From an uncultured cyanobacterium (GTDB lineage: Bacteria; Cyanobacteriota; Cyanobacteriia; PCC-9006; JAAUQQ01): a stretch of 64,000 bases of DNA. Position 1 is the stretch's first letter, and each line of letters starts with the position of its first letter. The position numbers and the translations under genes are program-made. The notes beneath the pieces were generated by a model, which searched no databases, was not told the origin of the DNA, and worked only from the letters and a program-made list of their open reading frames with translations. The stretch lies in NCBI GenBank assembly GCA_963718615.1, contig OY970368.1, forward strand, positions 3,424,001-3,488,000, given 5' to 3'. This document shows positions 40,779 to 50,641 of the stretch, in pieces.

Positions 40779-41624
40779 ATGACAGCGCCCAGCGAACTGG
40801 AAACCGTCACGGTCCCTGGGGAGACCGAGCAAAACGCGATCGCCACCTCTCTAGCTCCGGCAGCGAATCAGGCCTCGGACCGGGCATCAGGTCTGGACTG
40901 GAACGAAGCCCCAGGAGATGTGGAAATGTCCCTCTTCGACCACCTCGAAGAATTGCGGATGCGGATTTTCTATTCCCTAGGGGGGGTAATGATTGGGGTG
41001 GTCGGGTGCTTTTTTGCGGTCAAGCCGATCGTTCGGTTTCTCCAAGTCCCCGCAGGGAGCGCCCATTTTGTCCAGCTATCCCCTGGCGAGTTCTTTTTTG
41101 TGTCGCTCAAGGTGGCGGCCTACAGCGGTTTAGTGCTGGCCAGTCCCTGGGTCCTCTATCAGATTGTCCAGTTTGTCCTGCCGGGGCTAACCCGCCAAGA
41201 GCGGCGTTTGCTGGCTCCGGCGGTTTTGGGCTCAACGGTTCTGTTTGTCCTGGGTCTAGCCTTTTCCTACTACGCTTTGATTCCCGCTGCGCTCAAGTTT
41301 TTTGTCAACTATGGTGCGGATGTCGTTGAGCAGCAGTGGTCGATTGAGCGTTACTTTGAGTTTATTTTGCTGCTGATGTTTAGTACGGGGCTGGCGTTTC
41401 AAATTCCGGTTTTGCAAATGATCTTGGGGTCACTGAACCTAGTCACGGCCAAGCAGATGCTTGCGGCCTGGCGCTATGTGGTTTTGGGCGCAGCGGTACT
41501 GGGGGCGGTGCTGACCCCTTCGGCGGATCCTTTTACCCAATGTTTGCTGGCCGGGGCGGTGACGGGGTTATATTTCGGGGGGATTGGCATGGTGGCCCTG
41601 ATTAAGCGTCCGCTCAGGGCTTAG
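40779..41624 (+). CDS. tatC: Twin-arginine translocase subunit TatC
   Basis: EMSLFDHLEELRMR, SPGEFF, FVLPGL, GLAFQIPV, AVLTPSADP. Confidence 0.95.
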   Translation: MTAPSELETVTVPGETEQNAIATSLAPAANQASDRASGLDWNEAPGDVEMSLFDHLEELRMRIFYSLGGVMIGVVGCFFAVKPIVRFLQVPAGSAHFVQLSPGEFFFVSLKVAAYSGLVLASPWVLYQIVQFVLPGLTRQERRLLAPAVLGSTVLFVLGLAFSYYALIPAALKFFVNYGADVVEQQWSIERYFEFILLLMFSTGLAFQIPVLQMILGSLNLVTAKQMLAAWRYVVLGAAVLGAVLTPSADPFTQCLLAGAVTGLYFGGIGMVALIKRPLRA

Positions 41625-41640
41625 AAACCTTTACAAATCT

Positions 41641-41961
41641 TTAAGGATCCAGCATCCATTCCGAGGCGCGATCGCCCAAATCCAAATTCAGCGGAATGCT
41701 AATGGCCTTGCCCACACGGGGGCGGCTTTTTTCCTGGGCGATCGCCCCCTGCAACTGCTCGACCGCCCCCAGCGCCTGCAAATAGCTTCCCACCTCTTGC
41801 AGATGCTCCAAGTACTGTTCCGGTGTCATGGGAAACGAAGCCTGCTCCAAATAGCGCCACATAATCAGCACAAAAATCTTGCCCTGGGTCCGTCGCAGTT
41901 GCACATCGTAGGAGCGACCCCATTTGGCCTGTAGCATTGCTTGAAACGCTTGTCCGGTCAT
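41641..41961 (-). CDS. DUF3067 family protein
   Basis: KWGRSYDVQLRR..MWRYLEQASFP..RPRVGKAISIPL..RASEW; usual position divergent from petC. Confidence 0.85.
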   Translation of the reverse strand: MTGQAFQAMLQAKWGRSYDVQLRRTQGKIFVLIMWRYLEQASFPMTPEQYLEHLQEVGSYLQALGAVEQLQGAIAQEKSRPRVGKAISIPLNLDLGDRASEWMLDP

Positions 41962-42233
41962 GGCTCTTTTCTCAATGGTCAGCTCTCAATCGTCAGCGGC
42001 TTCGCCCCACTGCCTCACCCTGGGAAAATAATGTAAAGAAATGTTTCTTAGCCAGGGTGAAGCGGGGGGAGACCTACGGTGTAATAATACTTAAGGCCAG
42101 TTTGTAGCCTTCATTCGGACCATTCCTTAGGAGTTTAGAGGGAATCTTAGAGGAAGTTCGGAGGTTAGAGCTAGCGCTGTTGGTACCTGTCCCTCTGACC
42201 CATCCCTTCGCAGGACATTACATCACTGTAGAT

Positions 42234-42773
42234 ATGACTCAAGCATCCGGAGCCTCCGATGTCCCCAGTATGGGGCGTCGCCAATTCATGAATTTATTGA
42301 CCTGGGGGACGACCACTGGCGTGGTGCTAGGTGGTCTATATCCCGTTGTGCGGTACTTTATTCCGCCCTCGTCCGGTAGCGGAGGGGGAGGGGTCACGGC
42401 CAAGGATGCCCTCGGTAACGATGTGGTTGCTAGTGCTTTTTTGGTAGAACATCCGGTGGGCGATCGCGTTCTCGTTCAAGGTCTTAAGGGTGACCCGACC
42501 TACCTCGTGGTTGAGGGGCCTGAGGCCATTCAGGATTATGGCATCAGTGCCATCTGCACCCACTTGGGCTGCGTTGTTCCCTGGAACGCCAGCGAAAATA
42601 AATTTATTTGTCCTTGCCATGGGTCCCAGTACGACAGCACCGGCAAGGTGGTACGCGGACCTGCTCCGTTGTCTTTGGCCCTGGCCCATGTCGAGGTCAA
42701 TGATGACAAGGTCAGTCTAACGACTTGGACCGAAACCGACTTCCGGACGGGTGACGAGCCCTATTGGTCGTAG
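42234..42773 (+). CDS. petC: Cytochrome b6f Rieske Fe-S subunit
   Basis: [36 protein letters not shown]. Confidence 0.97.
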   Translation: MTQASGASDVPSMGRRQFMNLLTWGTTTGVVLGGLYPVVRYFIPPSSGSGGGGVTAKDALGNDVVASAFLVEHPVGDRVLVQGLKGDPTYLVVEGPEAIQDYGISAICTHLGCVVPWNASENKFICPCHGSQYDSTGKVVRGPAPLSLALAHVEVNDDKVSLTTWTETDFRTGDEPYWS

Positions 42774-42780
42774 CGGCGTC

Positions 42781-42839
42781 TGTTTTAGGCCTGTGTTTTG
42801 GACCTGTGTTTTGGGCCTGTGTTTTGGGCCTGCGTTTTT
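42781..42839. repeat. 13-bp tandem repeat (GCCTGTGTTTTGG), about 4.5 degenerate copies
   Basis: Head-to-tail units with no spacers, between petC and petA. Confidence 0.8.
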
Positions 42840-42878
42840 ACACCCTTTAATGTGTTGGCGAATCCTAAACCCTTTAAG

Positions 42879-43859
42879 ATGAGAAACCTTTTTTTAACCC
42901 CTCGCTTACGGCGTGCTCTTAGCTGGGCCTCTCGCTCTACCGTGGTCGTCTTGCTGGCGATCGCCCTCTTCTTTAGCAGCGATCTACTGGCCCCTCAGTC
43001 CGCTGCGGCTTATCCCTTCTGGGCCCAAGACAAATATGCTTCTCCTCGGGAAGCCACGGGTCGCATTGTCTGTGCCAACTGCCACCTGGCCAAAAAGGCG
43101 GTAAAAGTGGAAGTGCCCCAGGCGGTGCTGCCGGATACGGTCTTTAAGGCCGTGGTCGAAATTCCCTACGAAGATGGCCTACAGCAAATCCAAGCAGATG
43201 GCAGCAAGGGCGGTCTCAATGTCGGTGCGGTGCTGATGTTGCCCGAGGGCTTCAAGCTTGCTCCGGCGGATCGTCTGTCTGAAGAACTGCAAGAAGAGAC
43301 CCAAGGCGTTTTCTATCAGACCTACAGCGCGGATCAAGAGAACGTGATTATCGTCGGTCCCTTACCCGGTGATGATAACCGCGAGATCGTTTTCCCCGTG
43401 CTCTCACCGGATCCCAGTACTGACAAGAGCGTTCACTTTGGTAAATATTCTGTCCATCTCGGCGGTAACCGGGGTCGGGGTCAGGTCTATCCGACCGGTG
43501 AAAACAGCAATAACAATGTCATCAAGGCCAAGACTGCTGGGACTGTGACGGCGATCGCCTCCAGCGATTCTGGCTCGACCGTTACCCTCAGCACCGAAAA
43601 TGGCTCTGAATCCGTTGATATTCCGGCGGGTCTGACCGTAGCGGTTGCTGAAGGCGATGACGTTGCCGTGGGCACGCTCCTCAGCAACGACCCTAACGTC
43701 GGTGGCTTTGGCCAAATGGACACGGAGATCGTGCTCCAAAGTAGCGGGCGCATTGCCGGTATGTTGGTCTTCTTTGCCGGTGTGATGCTGGTGCAAATCA
43801 TGCTGGTACTGAAGAAGAAGCAGGTGGAGAAAGTCCAAGCGGCTGAGATGAATTTCTAG
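42879..43859 (+). CDS. petA: Cytochrome f
   Basis: [22 protein letters not shown] (CxxCH), [30 protein letters not shown]. Confidence 0.97.
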   Translation: MRNLFLTPRLRRALSWASRSTVVVLLAIALFFSSDLLAPQSAAAYPFWAQDKYASPREATGRIVCANCHLAKKAVKVEVPQAVLPDTVFKAVVEIPYEDGLQQIQADGSKGGLNVGAVLMLPEGFKLAPADRLSEELQEETQGVFYQTYSADQENVIIVGPLPGDDNREIVFPVLSPDPSTDKSVHFGKYSVHLGGNRGRGQVYPTGENSNNNVIKAKTAGTVTAIASSDSGSTVTLSTENGSESVDIPAGLTVAVAEGDDVAVGTLLSNDPNVGGFGQMDTEIVLQSSGRIAGMLVFFAGVMLVQIMLVLKKKQVEKVQAAEMNF

Positions 43860-43911
43860 GATGATGTTCTAGATAGTTATCGTTCTTTGATCACTTTGTT
43901 TAATCACTTTC

Positions 43912-43948
43912 AAAATGGGGGGCTCTGGTCAGGGTCTCCCATTTTTTT
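43912..43948 (+). terminator. Intrinsic terminator after petA
   Basis: AAAATGGGGGGCTCTG-gt-CAGGGTCTCCCATTTTTTT hairpin with T-tail. Confidence 0.75.
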
Positions 43949-43976
43949 GTTTTTGATGCTGCCGTCAAACTGGACT

Positions 43977-44004
43977 GGCAATGGGCAATGGGCAATGGGC
44001 AATG
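43977..44004. repeat. STRR-like heptamer repeat (GGCAATG)x4
   Basis: Four exact heptamer copies, typical of cyanobacterial short tandem repeats. Confidence 0.8.
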
Positions 44005-44099
44005 GGGCATTGTCAATGCGATCGCGAACCCCGACCTACGCCAAGCGTTATCATCGAAACGGATGTCAATGAAAGCAAGCTGCGTTACAGGAGACTGCC

Positions 44100-44678
44100 A
44101 TGTTTGCAAGCCAAGCCGACACCTCCATCTCTCCCGAAGAATATCTCGCGATGGAACTGGCCAGCCCGATTAAGCATGAGTATATTGATGGGGAAATCTT
44201 TGCGATGGCGGGGTCGAGTGATGACCATGCCACGATCGTTTTGAATTTAGCGGCAATTTTGAAGGGGAAACTGCGAGGAAGCAACTGTCGGCCCTTGGCA
44301 GATGTGAAGGCTAAGGTTTTTCGGAGCAGCCGCTATTATTATCCCGATTTGATGGTGACCTGCGACGAACGTGATCGGGGCGATCGCTACGTCAAACAGT
44401 ATTACAAACTGATTATTGAAGTCTTATCTGAATCGACGGAAGCCTTTGACCGGGGACGTAAATTTGAGGACTATCGTCGTTCAGAGTCCCTAGAAGAATA
44501 CGTGTTGATCTCCCAGGACCGGATGAATGTTGAGGTTTACCGACGCAATGCCGCAGGACGCTGGGAGTTGCAGGCCTATCAAACGGATGAGGTCGTGGAA
44601 TTGGTCAGCGTGGGGGTGAGTTGTGCGATCGCCGATCTCTACGAAGATGTGGCGCTTCCCCCGGAAGAAACCGATTAA
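44100..44678 (+). CDS. Uma2 family endonuclease-like protein
   Basis: HEYIDGEIFAMAG, YYPDLMVTC, IIEVLSEST..DRGRKF..Y, EYVLISQD. Confidence 0.92.
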   Translation: MFASQADTSISPEEYLAMELASPIKHEYIDGEIFAMAGSSDDHATIVLNLAAILKGKLRGSNCRPLADVKAKVFRSSRYYYPDLMVTCDERDRGDRYVKQYYKLIIEVLSESTEAFDRGRKFEDYRRSESLEEYVLISQDRMNVEVYRRNAAGRWELQAYQTDEVVELVSVGVSCAIADLYEDVALPPEETD

Positions 44679-44700
44679 CTTCGCCTCTGTGCATCAGCCT

Positions 44701-45294
44701 TCAGGCGTCCCAAGAAATCCCCTCGTAAATCTCTCCAAGCCCCATCTCAATATCAATAGAACCAAAGGCAATTACATCTTCCAGACTTTCATAAACCCGA
44801 TATTGCCAAAATCCTTGATCCGTCTTGATGTAATGTTGCACTTCCAAACTGTACTGATCGACCATCACATACTCTTGCAGACTATCCAAGGCGCGATAGA
44901 GCCGGAACTTGTCCGTGCGATCATAGGCCTCTGTGGACTGCGACAAAATCTCCACAATCAAACAGGGATTGGTTAGCGTATCCGTTCGGTTGTTATAGGG
45001 AATCGGTTCTCCTGCGATCGCCATGACATCTGGGTAGGTCATTTTCTGATACTTCGCAATCCAAACCTTGACATCCCCACTAAATAGCTTATAGCCCTTA
45101 CCACGCAGAGCATATTTCAAAAAAGCTGCAATATTCAGCGCCAGCGTATTGTGATTAAACGACCCACCTGCCATCGGCACGACTTCTCCATCATGAAACT
45201 CGCTCTTGAATTCAGCCTGCTCTTCCAACGCCAGATATTCTTCCAGCGTGTAGCGCTTTGGGGGGGCGATCGCCTCTCTATCTGTTAGCTGCAT
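44701..45294 (-). CDS. Uma2 family endonuclease-like protein
   Basis: SEFHDGEVVPMAGG, YPDVM, IVEILSQST..DRTDKF..Y. Start set at MQLTD. Confidence 0.92.
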   Translation of the reverse strand: MQLTDREAIAPPKRYTLEEYLALEEQAEFKSEFHDGEVVPMAGGSFNHNTLALNIAAFLKYALRGKGYKLFSGDVKVWIAKYQKMTYPDVMAIAGEPIPYNNRTDTLTNPCLIVEILSQSTEAYDRTDKFRLYRALDSLQEYVMVDQYSLEVQHYIKTDQGFWQYRVYESLEDVIAFGSIDIEMGLGEIYEGISWDA

Positions 45295-45406
45295 GGGATA
45301 TCTCTCACGGGCTCCTGATGAGGAAATTGTAGCCTTAAGGACAGGATGAAGCACAGTAAGATAAAAACGAATCAATTTCGCCATAGACCGTAACGTTTCT
45401 TTCCCC

Positions 45407-46732
45407 ATGCAAACCGAATATCGCCATCGTCGCGATCGCCTCCTCCGCAAACTGGGCAACAGCACCGCCATCTTCCGCAGTGCCCCCCAGGCCATCATGC
45501 ACAACGACGTGGAATACAACTTCCGCCAGGACAGCGACTTTTACTACCTCACCGGCTTCAATGAACCGGATGCCGTTGCCGTCTTCGCTCCCCACCATGA
45601 AGAACACAAATTTATTCTGTTCGTGCGGCCCAAGGATGCCTTGGCGGAAACCTGGAGCGGCTATCGCACCGGAGTGGATCTGGCGAAGGAACTGCATGGA
45701 GCGGATGCAGTGTTTCCCATTGCCGAACTCGATGAAAAACTCCCCGACTATCTCAAACAGGCGGACCGCATTTACTATCGGTTTGGGGCCGATGAAGCCT
45801 TTAATTCCAAGGTAATTTGTCACTGGCGCAAGCAAATGCGCGGCTTCCAACGGCATGGTACCGGACCGTTAGCGCTGGAGCATTCTGGACAGTTGCTGGA
45901 TCCACTACGGTTGGTCAAAAGCGAAGCGGAACTGGCCTTGATTCGGCGGGCAGTGGCGATCGCCACCGAAGCCCACAACCTCGCCCTAGACTTTGCCCAG
46001 GTGGGTCATTACGAATACCAAATCCAGGCGGAGATGGAATACCTGTTCCGCAAACAGGGAGCGCTGGGTCCGGCCTATCCTTCCATTGTCGCCTCGGGTC
46101 CCAATGCCTGTATCTTGCATTATGTCGAAAATAACCGTCAGATCCAAGCCAATGAGTTGCTGTTGATCGATGCCGGTTGCTCGGTGGATTATTACAACTC
46201 GGATATCACGCGCACATTTCCGGTGGGGGATGGGTTTACAACGGAACAGGCGATTCTCTACGATTTGGTTCTGGAGGCGCAGCAGCAGGCGATCGCCGCC
46301 GTCCAACCGGGCAATACATTTAATCAATCCCATGACGCCGCCGTCAGCGTTCTGGTCGATGGTTTTTTAGAACTGGGGTTATTACAAGGCGAAAAGGAAG
46401 AAATTATCAAAGAGGAAAAATACAAACACTTGTACATGCATCGAACTGGCCACTGGCTGGGTCTCGATGTCCATGATGTTGGCTCCTACAAACACAACAA
46501 GGACGACTGGCGACAGTTCCAGGCTAACCAGGTTGTTACCGTCGAACCGGGAGTTTATATTAGCCCCACCATCGAAGCCCCGGAGGGCCAGCCCCCCATT
46601 CCCGAGCGCTGGCGCGGTATCGGCATCCGGATTGAAGATGATGTACTTGTTACTTCGACGGGGAACGAAGTGTTGACTGCGGGGGTGCCGAAAGACCGAG
46701 CGGAACTGGAGTATCGTCGTCCCGGTTCGTAA
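45407..46732 (+). CDS. pepP: Xaa-Pro aminopeptidase
   Basis: FRQDSDFYYLTGF, LIDAG..YNSDITRTFP, HRTGHWLGLDVHD, VTVEPG, GIRIEDD. Confidence 0.95.
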   Translation: MQTEYRHRRDRLLRKLGNSTAIFRSAPQAIMHNDVEYNFRQDSDFYYLTGFNEPDAVAVFAPHHEEHKFILFVRPKDALAETWSGYRTGVDLAKELHGADAVFPIAELDEKLPDYLKQADRIYYRFGADEAFNSKVICHWRKQMRGFQRHGTGPLALEHSGQLLDPLRLVKSEAELALIRRAVAIATEAHNLALDFAQVGHYEYQIQAEMEYLFRKQGALGPAYPSIVASGPNACILHYVENNRQIQANELLLIDAGCSVDYYNSDITRTFPVGDGFTTEQAILYDLVLEAQQQAIAAVQPGNTFNQSHDAAVSVLVDGFLELGLLQGEKEEIIKEEKYKHLYMHRTGHWLGLDVHDVGSYKHNKDDWRQFQANQVVTVEPGVYISPTIEAPEGQPPIPERWRGIGIRIEDDVLVTSTGNEVLTAGVPKDRAELEYRRPGS

Positions 46733-47552
46733 GCGTTAACCCCAGAATCACAACGGCCCCCAGAACACAGGCCAGAAAGGCAAAGCCCAGCCAACGCAGT
46801 GACGGCTGGGTCCAAAGGGAGGGGGTTTCTGGCTTGACCCGGTGGGTTGGCCGACGCGACGGCAGTAAGCGAGCAGTGTGCTGAGGCTGAATGGTCGTCG
46901 GCTGAATGTGCATCGTCGGGAGTTGCGAGGAATGGACCGTCGTTCCTCGGGCTTGCGGGGTCAATGCGTTCAATGGGTTAGCCGGAAGGAGAGGGGGAGG
47001 CGGGGGAGGCAGTGGCTTTGGGGTGGGTCGCTGGGACAAGGTCCGAAAGGCTCGATCTACCCAAGCGGCATCAAAAATCGAGTGGTAAATGCGATTGCCT
47101 AAGATCAGTTGGCCCTGATGCCGCTGAACCAACCCAAGCTGTAGAAGTCTCTGCTGCACAGGATTTTGGAGATTCACATCCTGTGGTTTCCCCGCTAAAA
47201 CCGTTTGATACAGCCTCAGCAGGGACTGACTGCGCCCATCGGTTAAAATACTGCGACAAATACTGCGAATGTGCTGACGCAACTCTGGATTAACGCAGCG
47301 ATCGATACAGTAGGTTTGAATAAAGGTATCCACCCAATGGTCAAGGCTCGGATCAGAACAGGGGTTGCTGCTTGTCCGGGATGCAGAGAGCAGCATTCTG
47401 CAAACATGCTCGGTCAAGACGGGCTGTCCATCGGTCCAAGTGAGTACCCGCTTGAGAATCATCTCCGGGTCGAGCGATCGCTGAGCAAGCTGGACTTCGA
47501 AGTCAAAATCCTGAGTCATTTGACTCAGCAGGTAGTCGAAACGCGGTTGCAT
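46650..47552 (-). CDS. Hypothetical protein: AAA_35-type C-terminal helical region, Pro-rich linker, TM segment
   Basis: VLTWTDGQPVLT...LLQLGLV...NRIYHSIF..WV resembles the helical region that follows AAA_35 ATPases. No P-loop; C-terminal hydrophobic helix. Confidence 0.65.
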   Translation of the reverse strand: MQPRFDYLLSQMTQDFDFEVQLAQRSLDPEMILKRVLTWTDGQPVLTEHVCRMLLSASRTSSNPCSDPSLDHWVDTFIQTYCIDRCVNPELRQHIRSICRSILTDGRSQSLLRLYQTVLAGKPQDVNLQNPVQQRLLQLGLVQRHQGQLILGNRIYHSIFDAAWVDRAFRTLSQRPTPKPLPPPPPPLLPANPLNALTPQARGTTVHSSQLPTMHIQPTTIQPQHTARLLPSRRPTHRVKPETPSLWTQPSLRWLGFAFLACVLGAVVILGLTLTNRDDDTPVPLGLSAPPQSTLRSPSK

Positions 47553-47826
47553 AGGAGAACTAGCTGAAGGCAGGCTCGGTCTGGAGGGGGATGCAAATGA
47601 CTCGGAGATTAGCGCTGGGGAAAATTTAAGGTTTAAGGTCAATGATGCTCTAACCCTACCATGATTGACCAAAGCCCGAGAAGAGGGGTGTGGGCACGGT
47701 GCAGGGAAAAATTGGGGGCGATCGCCCGCTACGCCAATTGCCTTTGTTAGAACAGTGGGTGCACCCATCCCTCTAACAAAGGCTTCAGCAAACGTGTCAA
47801 CCAAGGTTTAGATTAGCCTTGGCGGA

Positions 47827-48228
47827 TTATGCAGGCATCAACACAGTATCAATGATGTGAATAACGCCGTTGTCAGCAGCTACATCAGAGGTTGTAACCA
47901 TGGCATTGTTAATTTTGACGCCGTGAGAGGTATCAATTTTTACATCTTCACCCTCAACCGTTTTCGCTGACTTTAACCCCATGATCTCAGCCTCCATCGT
48001 CTTGCCCGAAAGGACGTGATAGGTCAGGATCTTTTTAAGTTGGGGAACATCTTTCAGGAGCTTTTCAACGGTCCCTTTGGGTAACTTGGCGAAGGCTTCG
48101 TCTGTAGGTGCAAAGAGCGTAAAAGGACCCTTACCCTTCAGGGTTTCGACTAAACCTGCAGCTTTGACTGCGGAAACCAAAGTACCAAAGGAACCAGAAT
48201 TAACGGCTGTATCAACGATGTCAGACAT
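47827..48228 (-). CDS. Fasciclin (FAS1) domain protein
   Basis: [39 protein letters not shown]; no signal peptide. Confidence 0.95.
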   Translation of the reverse strand: MSDIVDTAVNSGSFGTLVSAVKAAGLVETLKGKGPFTLFAPTDEAFAKLPKGTVEKLLKDVPQLKKILTYHVLSGKTMEAEIMGLKSAKTVEGEDVKIDTSHGVKINNAMVTTSDVAADNGVIHIIDTVLMPA

Positions 48229-48342
48229 TTGTTTTACTCATGATTGAATCTGTTCACGAGAGTATTGTGGCAAACCCATGTGAAGTGAACCCCTTCCTTT
48301 GGACAGAAAGATCTGGCCTAAGCGAGAGTTATTTTACTTTTA

Positions 48343-49212
48343 TCACACTTCTGCATTCTGTTGCTCGCGCATCCACTTTTCTTCAAATTCAGCCGGTGTC
48401 AAATAGCTCAATGACGAGTGGATTCTTTTCTTCATATACACTTCCTCTAGAAACTCTTCTATTCGCTCATAGACCTCACTAAAGTTTCGGTATTCTGATA
48501 GGTCTACTTCCTCTTCTTTGATCGTCCTCATTAATCTTTCCGCATATCCATTCTCCCAGGCTTTCCCGATAGCTGCCATACTAATCTTAACGTTGTGTTC
48601 TTCCAACATTTTTACATAGTCATTCGCTGCATATTGCACCCCTTGATCTGAATGATGTATCTCGGGAATTGCTTTCATCAATCCCTTCTCCAGTGCTGTT
48701 ATCATCAAGCTCTTCTCCATTGTCTTATCCAGGTACCATCCTCGTATACTGCGGGTGAATACATCCATCACCACTGCCAGATAGACAAACTCCTCCTTCA
48801 AGCGGATATAGGTGATGTCCGCCACCCACACCTGCTCAGGACGCATTACCAACAGCCCTTTCTCCAGATTTGGATAACGCCGATAGCCATGCACACTGTT
48901 CGTCGTTCGCTTCCGCCTCACCCGCTTTTGAGCTAGTAGACCTAACTGCCTCATCAGACGACTCACTCGCTTATGGTTGACACTCCATCCTTCTCGCTGA
49001 AGTTGTTTCGTTATCCGTCTGTAACCGTAAGTCGGATATCTTCCTGCAACTTCGATAATCGCTACTCTGAGCTTTTCGTCTTCATCTTCTTTCTCTGACT
49101 TCGGCTTGTAGTAATATCGGCTTCGACTGTATCCAATCACATCGCAAATAATTTGAATGGGATAGTCTTCCTTGAACTCCTCTATCATTTTCCGTTTCCG
49201 CTCAGGTTCCAC
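48343..49212 (-). CDS. IS3 transposase OrfB (DDE integrase core)
   Basis: YGYRRI, VNHKRV, WVADITY, HHSDQGVQY, ENGYAER..RTIKEE. Confidence 0.93.
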   Translation of the reverse strand: MEPERKRKMIEEFKEDYPIQIICDVIGYSRSRYYYKPKSEKEDEDEKLRVAIIEVAGRYPTYGYRRITKQLQREGWSVNHKRVSRLMRQLGLLAQKRVRRKRTTNSVHGYRRYPNLEKGLLVMRPEQVWVADITYIRLKEEFVYLAVVMDVFTRSIRGWYLDKTMEKSLMITALEKGLMKAIPEIHHSDQGVQYAANDYVKMLEEHNVKISMAAIGKAWENGYAERLMRTIKEEEVDLSEYRNFSEVYERIEEFLEEVYMKKRIHSSLSYLTPAEFEEKWMREQQNAEV

Positions 49213-49487
49213 ACATCCGAAGCTTTTTTTGACACTTCCAGCTCCATTGTCAATCGACCTATCATTCTTTCTAATTCGCTTATTCTCTCTGAGGCTTCGT
49301 CATTTGATTCTTTCCCTTCAAATGCTCGATGGGCCTGCTTGAGAAATTCATTCTTCCACCGGCATAGCACTGATAGATGGACCTTATGAGCTCGACTTGC
49401 CTCCGTCGGCGACCGCTGGCCGCTGACCATTTCCAGTACCACCTTGGCCTTGAACTCGCTGCTGTAATTTCTCTGTCTTTTTGCCAT
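49185..49487 (-). CDS. IS3 transposase OrfA (HTH)
   Basis: RNYSSEFKAKVV..RWKNEF..ELERMIGRLTME..KKA; GGAGG RBS. Confidence 0.92.
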   Translation of the reverse strand: MAKRQRNYSSEFKAKVVLEMVSGQRSPTEASRAHKVHLSVLCRWKNEFLKQAHRAFEGKESNDEASERISELERMIGRLTMELEVSKKASDVWNLSGNGK

Positions 49488-49557
49488 GACCCTTTTGCCT
49501 CCTAGACTTTAGCTTACTCTCTCTCGCCTCTGTTCAGGTTTTGGGGGTCACTTCAAA

Positions 49558-49689
49558 CTACTTTGATGGACCAAACAGCTCGACTACTGTATCTCCATAG
49601 GTTTTTGGAAGTTTCTTCTGTTTTTTGTTTCCATTTGAAACTGCTTTAGGCTTTTTGGATTCTCGATTGCCTTTGCGTTGTTTGGACAT
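49558..49689 (-). CDS. 43-aa Lys-rich microprotein
   Basis: Manual translation MSKQRKGNRESKKPKAVSNGNKKQKKLPKTYGDTVVELFGPSK*, with GGAG 7 nt upstream; co-oriented with the cluster. Confidence 0.6.
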   Translation of the reverse strand: MSKQRKGNRESKKPKAVSNGNKKQKKLPKTYGDTVVELFGPSK

Positions 49690-49937
49690 GGGAATTCTCC
49701 AGACTAAATGTCATTCATTGCAGTCAGGAAGACCACTAGTGGCTCAACCTGTGCATAGGGCTGTAGTTTTTTGTCAATTCTGTCGGAACTTTAGTGGCAT
49801 CCCTGTTCGGTTGCCTCGCAACGTGTAGCGTGTTCGCTTGATGTCTGTTCCTATTATAAGCGGCTTCAAGATATCTGTGAAAATCTATCTAAATTCCATA
49901 GATGATATGGATTCGCTATAATCTCTACGAAACTGTT

Positions 49938-50444
49938 TTAACTTAGGGAATAAACTTTTGAACAACGGGATAGCTGTTTTGTCTTTGCCTCCATCAATCG
50001 GCCTTGGAAAATAGGCAGAATCGTAATGATGGAAAGCTGTGCAAGATTCCAGACTTCACGAATAAACTGATCTAGATCAATGGGCTTGATTAAATAAGCC
50101 TCAATTTTGAGCTGAAGCTGATCAGTGAGGCAAGTAGAGGGGCAGGTTGAGATCACCATGACAGGAATCGTTCTGCTATCCCCAAGAGCAAGATGTCTCA
50201 CTCGCTGAATTAAGGGATAAACGGTTTCGCCCAAAAATCTCATTTCACAAATCAAAACGGTGGGTATGTACCAATCTAAAAAGTCTAGGGCTTCTTTAAC
50301 TGAACCGATCGCGGTTACGTTTGCACCATAGGTTTTCAGTACAAACGTATATAATTCCTGGCTACCTTGATCGTTATCAACTACGAGCACATGAACGTTT
50401 TTAAGAACGTCAGGAGTCAAGGAGATTTCATTAATAGCCGTCAT
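49938..50444 (-). CDS. Atypical single-domain receiver (phospho-Asp replaced by Glu)
   Basis: VLVVDND, VLICEMRF (Glu at the canonical Asp position), YLIKPID. Confidence 0.8.
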   Translation of the reverse strand: MTAINEISLTPDVLKNVHVLVVDNDQGSQELYTFVLKTYGANVTAIGSVKEALDFLDWYIPTVLICEMRFLGETVYPLIQRVRHLALGDSRTIPVMVISTCPSTCLTDQLQLKIEAYLIKPIDLDQFIREVWNLAQLSIITILPIFQGRLMEAKTKQLSRCSKVYSLS

Positions 50445-50641
50445 CTTGATTGCCCCAATTGTGATGAGAGTATTTCTGAAACTCAATAGCAGTAACCCTG
50501 TTTGACTGCTAAAGTTGTACGACTGTTTATCTAGGACTAGAAAAAATTCTCTTGCTACTCGGATTATATTAATGGATGGCCAGTTGATTTCCTGAGTGAA
50601 TTGATTGACTTTAGATTAATTGATGAAGAACGATACAAAAT

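Larger units (their letters stand above)
48281..49555 (-). mobile_element. IS3-family insertion sequence (1275 bp)
   Basis: Terminal IRs TGAAGTGAACCCCTTCCTTTGGACAGA / TGAAGTGACCCCCAAAACCTGAACAGA (19/27 identical, TG...CA ends), overlapping orfA/orfB, and an A7G slippery site at 49223-49230. Confidence 0.93.

Noticed and set aside
42781-42839. Possible CRISPR array (also 53545-53589)
   Set aside because: Units are 13-15 bp, head-to-tail, with no unique spacers and no cas genes.
45295-45519. N-terminal extension of the second Uma2 ORF
   Set aside because: It overlaps pepP on the opposite strand; similarity begins at MQLTD (45294).
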